A program made the translations under genes and the position numbers. The notes under the pieces are model-generated. The model was not told the origin of the DNA, did no database searches, and saw only the letters and a list, made by a program, of their open reading frames with translations. A DNA stretch of 64,000 nt from Pseudorhodobacter sp. (GTDB lineage: Bacteria > Pseudomonadota > Alphaproteobacteria > Rhodobacterales > Rhodobacteraceae), in NCBI GenBank assembly GCA_031413495.1, contig JANOFE010000178.1, positions 15,888 to 79,887 on the forward strand. The letters run 5' to 3'. Numbering within the stretch: position 1 is the stretch's first letter; each line of letters starts with the position of its first letter. Shown here piece after piece: positions 59,894 through 64,000 of this stretch.

Positions 59894-61047
59894 TGCTACG
59901 CCGCCTTCACTCCATACAACCAGCCTCTTTCACCTTCACTCCGGCAAACCTTGCTTGGGCGAATGGCCAAATCTCTAAATACCCCGCAGGGCGGCAGGCC
60001 AGCGCTATCATCCCGCTGCTCTGGCGCGCGCTGGAGCAGGAAGGCTGGCTGTCGCGCCCCGCCATCGAACATATCGCCAATATGCTCGGGCTGGCCTATA
60101 TCCGGGCGCTGGAAGTGGCGACGTTTTACTTCATGTTCCAGCTGCAACCCGTTGGTTCTGTTGCGCATATCCAAGTCTGCGGCACCACGTCCTGCATGAT
60201 TTGCGGGGCTGAAGATCTGGTTGCTGTCTGCAAGGAACTGGTCAACGCGAAAGCTCACGCCCTGTCAGCCGACGGCAAATTCAGCTGGGAAGAGGTTGAA
60301 TGCATGGGCGCCTGTGCCAATGCGCCAATGGCCCAGATCGGCAAGGATTACTACGAAGACCTGACGCCTGCCAAACTGCGCGACCTGATCGCGCGGTTTT
60401 CAAAGGGCGAGGTTCCGGTGCCCGGCCCGCAAAACGGGCGCTATGCGGCAGAACCGCTCTCCGGTCTGACCAGCTTGAAGGCCGGCGAGTCCGGGCGCAG
60501 GCAATACAATGCTAGCGCGCAAGCCGCGGTCGATCTGGCCGATACCGTGCGCCGGATTGATGGCTCTGAGGTGCCGCTGACAATGCCGTGGCTGGGCAAA
60601 ACGGTGCCGCCCGTGTCGCAAGCCCGCGGTGCGACCAAAGAACCAAAGCCCGGCGCGGGCCTGCCCGCCGATGCGTCGGGTGCCACTGTGCAAGAGGCAC
60701 CGGCGCGGTCAAAGGGCAAACCAAAATCGGATGGCAATGCAGCCATCGCAACCCCGTTGGCCACGCCAGAAGCAAAAGCGCCAGTGATGGCCGTGCAATC
60801 AAAGCCCAAAGCATTGAAGACGGCCCGCAAGGGCAAGCCGGATGATCTGAAAATCATCGTCGGCATTGGGCCAAAGTTGGAAAACCTTTGCCACACCCTT
60901 GGATTTTTTCATTTTGATCAGATTGCCGCCTGGACCGCCGCCGAAGTGGCATGGGTGGATGAAAACCTTGAAGGGTTCAAAGGCCGCGTATCGCGGGACA
61001 ACTGGGTTGAACAGGCCCGCGTGCTTGCCAATGGCGCAAAGGCGTGA
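59893..61047 (+). CDS. nuoE: NADH-quinone oxidoreductase subunit E with long C-terminal extension
   Basis: The N-terminal ~175 aa are canonical, with 2Fe-2S ligands [11 protein letters not shown] and [10 protein letters not shown]. They are followed by a ~200-aa extension: a Pro/Ala/Lys-rich linker plus a ~65-aa GIGP-containing domain. Confidence 0.93.
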   Translation: MLRRLHSIQPASFTFTPANLAWANGQISKYPAGRQASAIIPLLWRALEQEGWLSRPAIEHIANMLGLAYIRALEVATFYFMFQLQPVGSVAHIQVCGTTSCMICGAEDLVAVCKELVNAKAHALSADGKFSWEEVECMGACANAPMAQIGKDYYEDLTPAKLRDLIARFSKGEVPVPGPQNGRYAAEPLSGLTSLKAGESGRRQYNASAQAAVDLADTVRRIDGSEVPLTMPWLGKTVPPVSQARGATKEPKPGAGLPADASGATVQEAPARSKGKPKSDGNAAIATPLATPEAKAPVMAVQSKPKALKTARKGKPDDLKIIVGIGPKLENLCHTLGFFHFDQIAAWTAAEVAWVDENLEGFKGRVSRDNWVEQARVLANGAKA

Positions 61048-61133
61048 CGGCAAAACAGATGTGACGGTGTTGGAGTATCTGAATTAGGCAAACAAGGCCC
61101 TCACAAGATGGGCCAGACAGGGAGACGGGACTG

Positions 61134-61865
61134 ATGAAGCAATCTGATATGAAACGCGCCCCATCGCTGGGGGGCTGGTTCATCGGGGCGGCAGCCGGGC
61201 TTGTTGCCGCTGCCGTGGCCTATGTGGTGGGCGACCTGGATTTTATGCCAGCTGCCTTCATTGGGGCATTGGTGTTCCTTGCGGCTGGCCTTATTCTGGG
61301 CATGTATTGGGGGCCGCAAGCCGCAGCACCCGCAAAACCGGCCGCAGCACCCGCAAAACCGACCCCCGCAGTGCAGCCGGCAGCCGTGCCAGCCGCTATT
61401 GCCACAGCCGCGACGCCAGCCGCAGCTTTCCTGTCATCGCCAGGTGTTGATGCGGCACCCGCCGCCCCGCGCCCGCGCGTGGCCAAACCAAAGGCGGCAC
61501 CGGCGGCCAAAGCAAGCACCAAGCCGGCCGCATCCGTCGCCGCTGCCGCAAAAGCGCCCCGTGTTGCAAAGCCCAAAAAACCAGATGGCCCGGAACGTCT
61601 GTCAGCGCCGCGCAAAGGCAAAGCCGATGATCTGAAAGAAATCGAAGGCATCGGGCCGGCACTTGAAAAGCTGTGCAACGAACTTGGCTTTTACCATTTT
61701 GACCAGATTGCGAATTGGTCTGCCGCCGATGTGGACTGGGTGGATGCCAATATGAAAACTTTCAAAGGCCGCGTGGTTCGCGACAAGTGGATCGCACAAT
61801 GCAAGATTATCACCACCGAAGGGCTGGAGGCATTCCGCGTCCGTGCCCAGACCAACAATTACTAA
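61134..61865 (+). CDS. nuo-cluster URF: membrane-anchored Ala/Pro-rich protein with NuoE-C-terminal-like domain
   Basis: Two N-terminal TM segments, then an Ala/Pro/Lys linker. The C-terminus DDLKEIEGIGPALEKLCNELGFYHFDQIANWSAADVDWVDANMKTFKGRVVRDKWIAQ is paralogous to the NuoE tail. A GGGAGA RBS is present. Confidence 0.7.
   Translation: MKQSDMKRAPSLGGWFIGAAAGLVAAAVAYVVGDLDFMPAAFIGALVFLAAGLILGMYWGPQAAAPAKPAAAPAKPTPAVQPAAVPAAIATAATPAAAFLSSPGVDAAPAAPRPRVAKPKAAPAAKASTKPAASVAAAAKAPRVAKPKKPDGPERLSAPRKGKADDLKEIEGIGPALEKLCNELGFYHFDQIANWSAADVDWVDANMKTFKGRVVRDKWIAQCKIITTEGLEAFRVRAQTNNY
61320..61361 (+). repeat. perfect 2 x 21-nt tandem repeat (encodes AAPAKPA twice)
   Basis: gccgcagcacccgcaaaaccg occurs at 61320-61340 and again at 61341-61361. 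Confidence 0.9.
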
Positions 61866-61871
61866 AGCGTC

Positions 61872-62099
61872 ATGCAAAGCCCGCCCCCCGATCCAGACCG
61901 TCAAACAGCCTTTCAAGTGCGGCTTGTAGCCCTTGTTATTGCTGGCACGATGATCTTGTGGGTCGGGGCGCAGTGGTTGGGCGGCATCATGGGGTGGGAG
62001 GCGCGCTTTGCGTTCCTGTTCGATCTTGCCGCATTGGCTGGCTTCACCTGGGCGCTACTTGTGACTTACCGAATTTGGCGAAACCGCCAGAAAACCTAA
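61872..62099 (+). CDS. small two-TM membrane protein (nuo-cluster URF, DUF5337-like)
   Basis: 75 aa with two hydrophobic helices. It starts 7 nt after the preceding URF and ends 22 nt before nuoF. The family assignment is from memory only. Confidence 0.55.
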   Translation: MQSPPPDPDRQTAFQVRLVALVIAGTMILWVGAQWLGGIMGWEARFAFLFDLAALAGFTWALLVTYRIWRNRQKT

Positions 62100-62121
62100 G
62101 GCCAGAAAACTTGAGGACGAC

Positions 62122-63420
62122 GTGATGCTGAAAGACCAAGACCGGATCTTTACCAACCTTTACGGGATGGAGGATCGCTCGCTTGCAGGCGCGCGCAAGC
62201 GCGGCGCGTGGTCTGGCACGGCGGACTTCATCACCCAAGGGCGCGATTGGCTGGTGGAACAGATCAAGGCATCGGGCCTGCGCGGGCGCGGTGGGGCGGG
62301 GTTTCCGACCGGCCTGAAATGGTCGTTCATGCCCAAACAATCTGACGGGCGGCCAAGCTATCTGGTGGTCAATGCCGACGAATCCGAACCCGGCACCTGC
62401 AAAGACCGCGAGATTATGCGCCATGATCCGCACACCTTGATCGAAGGGTGCCTGATTGCGGCTTTCGCGATGGGCGCGCATGATTGCTACATCTACATTC
62501 GTGGCGAATACATCCGCGAACGCGAAGCGCTGCAGGCCGCGATTGACGAGGCGTATGATGCGGGCCTTGTCGGCAAAAACGCCTGTGGGTCGGGCTGGGA
62601 CTTCCAGATTTACCTGCATCACGGGGCAGGGGCCTATATTTGCGGCGAAGAAACTGCCCTGCTGGAAAGCCTTGAGGGCAAAAAGGGCATGCCTCGCATG
62701 AAGCCACCTTTTCCGGCAGGGTCGGGCCTTTACGGCTGCCCCACCACCGTAAACAACGTGGAATCCATCGCTGTCGTCCCCACCATCCTGCGGCGCGGGG
62801 CCGAATGGTTCGCAAGCTTCGGCCGCCCCAACAACGCGGGCACCAAGCTGTTTGGCATATCGGGCCACGTCAACAACCCGTGTGTGGTCGAAGAGGCGAT
62901 GTCGATCAGCCTTAAAGAGCTGTTGGACAGGCACTGCGGCGGCGTGCGCGGTGGCTGGAAAAACATCAAGGCGGTCATTCCCGGCGGATCGTCCGTGCCG
63001 ATGCTGAACGCCGCCCAATGCGATGATGCGATCATGGATTTCGACTGGTTGCGCGAACAAAAATCTGGTCTGGGCACGGCAGCGGTCATTGTGATGGACC
63101 AGTCTACCGATGTGATCAAAGCGATCTGGCGCTTGTCGAAATTCTACAAACACGAATCCTGCGGCCAATGCACGCCCTGCCGCGAAGGCACCGGCTGGAT
63201 GATGCGGGTGATGGACCGTCTGGTGCGCGGCGAGGCCGAGGTGGAGGAGATTGACATGCTGCTGTCGGTCACCAAACAGGTCGAAGGCCACACCATCTGT
63301 GCGCTGGGGGATGCGGCGGCATGGCCGATTCAGGGCCTCGTGCGGCATTTCCGTGAAGAGATTGAGGACCGCATCAAAGCCAAGAAAACCGGGCGCATGG
63401 GCGCAATGGCGGCGGAGTGA
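62122..63420 (+). CDS. nuoF: NADH-quinone oxidoreductase subunit F
   Basis: [16 protein letters not shown] is the FMN/NADH site and [12 protein letters not shown] is the N3 4Fe-4S motif. 432 aa. Confidence 0.97.
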   Translation: MMLKDQDRIFTNLYGMEDRSLAGARKRGAWSGTADFITQGRDWLVEQIKASGLRGRGGAGFPTGLKWSFMPKQSDGRPSYLVVNADESEPGTCKDREIMRHDPHTLIEGCLIAAFAMGAHDCYIYIRGEYIREREALQAAIDEAYDAGLVGKNACGSGWDFQIYLHHGAGAYICGEETALLESLEGKKGMPRMKPPFPAGSGLYGCPTTVNNVESIAVVPTILRRGAEWFASFGRPNNAGTKLFGISGHVNNPCVVEEAMSISLKELLDRHCGGVRGGWKNIKAVIPGGSSVPMLNAAQCDDAIMDFDWLREQKSGLGTAAVIVMDQSTDVIKAIWRLSKFYKHESCGQCTPCREGTGWMMRVMDRLVRGEAEVEEIDMLLSVTKQVEGHTICALGDAAAWPIQGLVRHFREEIEDRIKAKKTGRMGAMAAE

Positions 63421-63589
63421 TGCAAGGTTTGGCGGGCAACGGTGTGCGGAAATCAGCCGGGCTTAACGCCAGCCGCGCCCTGATATTGCATAGCGATGCC
63501 TGCAACCCCCATGTCCTGACTTGGGCGATCCTGCCCAAGGCGCAAGGGTGCAATCCTTGCGTTGCTTTTCAAAAAGCGAGGCATCAGGT

Positions 63590-64000
63590 ATGACACATGC
63601 AATCACTTCATCCTTGAAATCAGTGGTGGTTTCGGGCGCACTAATGCTAGGCGCAACTGCAGCCACGGCACAAGCTGCCGTTCCGTTGGCGGAAGAACCG
63701 CATATCAACCAACAGCTTATGGCGGGTGCTGTCGGTGACGTGATCCGCAAGACCTGCCCCAGCATTTCGGCCCGCATGGTGACGGTGTATTTCAAGATGA
63801 AAGAGTTGGAAAACTACGCGCGCAAAGCCGGATACCGCGAAGCCGAGGTTAAGGTTTTCCTGAAAGATGCCACCGAAAAGGCGCGCATCAAAGGCATGGC
63901 TGCGGACTATATGACGGCAAATGGCGTGATCGACGGCGATGTTGAAAGCTACTGCACCCTTGGCCGCGCCGAGATTGCAAAAGGCAGCCTCATCGGCTCG
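63590..64000 (+). CDS. secreted hypothetical protein (nuo-cluster URF), 3' partial at window edge
   Basis: I translated this myself because it has no stop in the window and so is absent from the ORF track: MTHAITSSLKSVVVSGALMLGATAATAQA (signal peptide) followed by AVPLAEEPHINQQLMAGAVGDVIRKTCPSISARMVTVYFKMKELENYARKAGY... It is on the same strand as nuoF. Confidence 0.55.
   Translation, partial: MTHAITSSLKSVVVSGALMLGATAATAQAAVPLAEEPHINQQLMAGAVGDVIRKTCPSISARMVTVYFKMKELENYARKAGYREAEVKVFLKDATEKARIKGMAADYMTANGVIDGDVESYCTLGRAEIAKGSLIGS

Overview
High-GC (about 60%) alphaproteobacterial chromosome segment, apparently from a Rhodobacter-like phototroph. I called genes by reading the six-frame translations and checking start and stop codons in the sequence. 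No database search was run.

Gene content by region:
- **nt 1-7836:** the distal edge of a photosynthesis gene cluster, bchY (5' truncated)-bchZ-pufQ-pufB-pufA-pufL-pufM, then a PufX-like ORF instead of pufC, then dxs.
- **nt 7.9-55 kb:** mostly ordinary housekeeping and accessory metabolism.
  - pcm, tolC, a PopZ/DUF2497-like acidic protein, efp and ygfZ with an ABC exporter.
  - A kynU-ridA-kynA kynurenine cluster and pntAB.
  - A five-gene peptide-type ABC importer, divergent from a VOC / ArgE-like / FAD-oxidoreductase operon.
  - A YegD-like Hsp70, cydAB, moaA and glmU-glmS.
- **nt 55.7-64 kb:** the start of a Rhodobacter/Paracoccus-style nuo (complex I) cluster with extra URFs.

Loci most worth a second look:
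1. A DUF559 (Vsr-like endonuclease fold) gene sits between nuoD and nuoE. It is bracketed by copies of a structured palindromic element: a 100-bp unit with 19-bp perfect terminal inverted repeats and two CCCCTCTCC/GGAGAGGGG hairpins, a partial copy downstream, and a solo half-site 2.5 kb upstream.
2. An opposite-strand gene for a secreted, very Met-rich repeat protein splits nuoA from nuoB.
3. A single-gene low-GC islet encodes a DUF2971 protein.
4. Two tandem 22-bp perfect palindromes lie between efp and ygfZ.
5. A structured 155-nt puf 3' UTR could give a PcrX-like sRNA.

I saw no rRNA, tRNA, CRISPR array, IS transposase or prophage block. I cannot show that any of these loci is a new biological system. 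They are candidates only.
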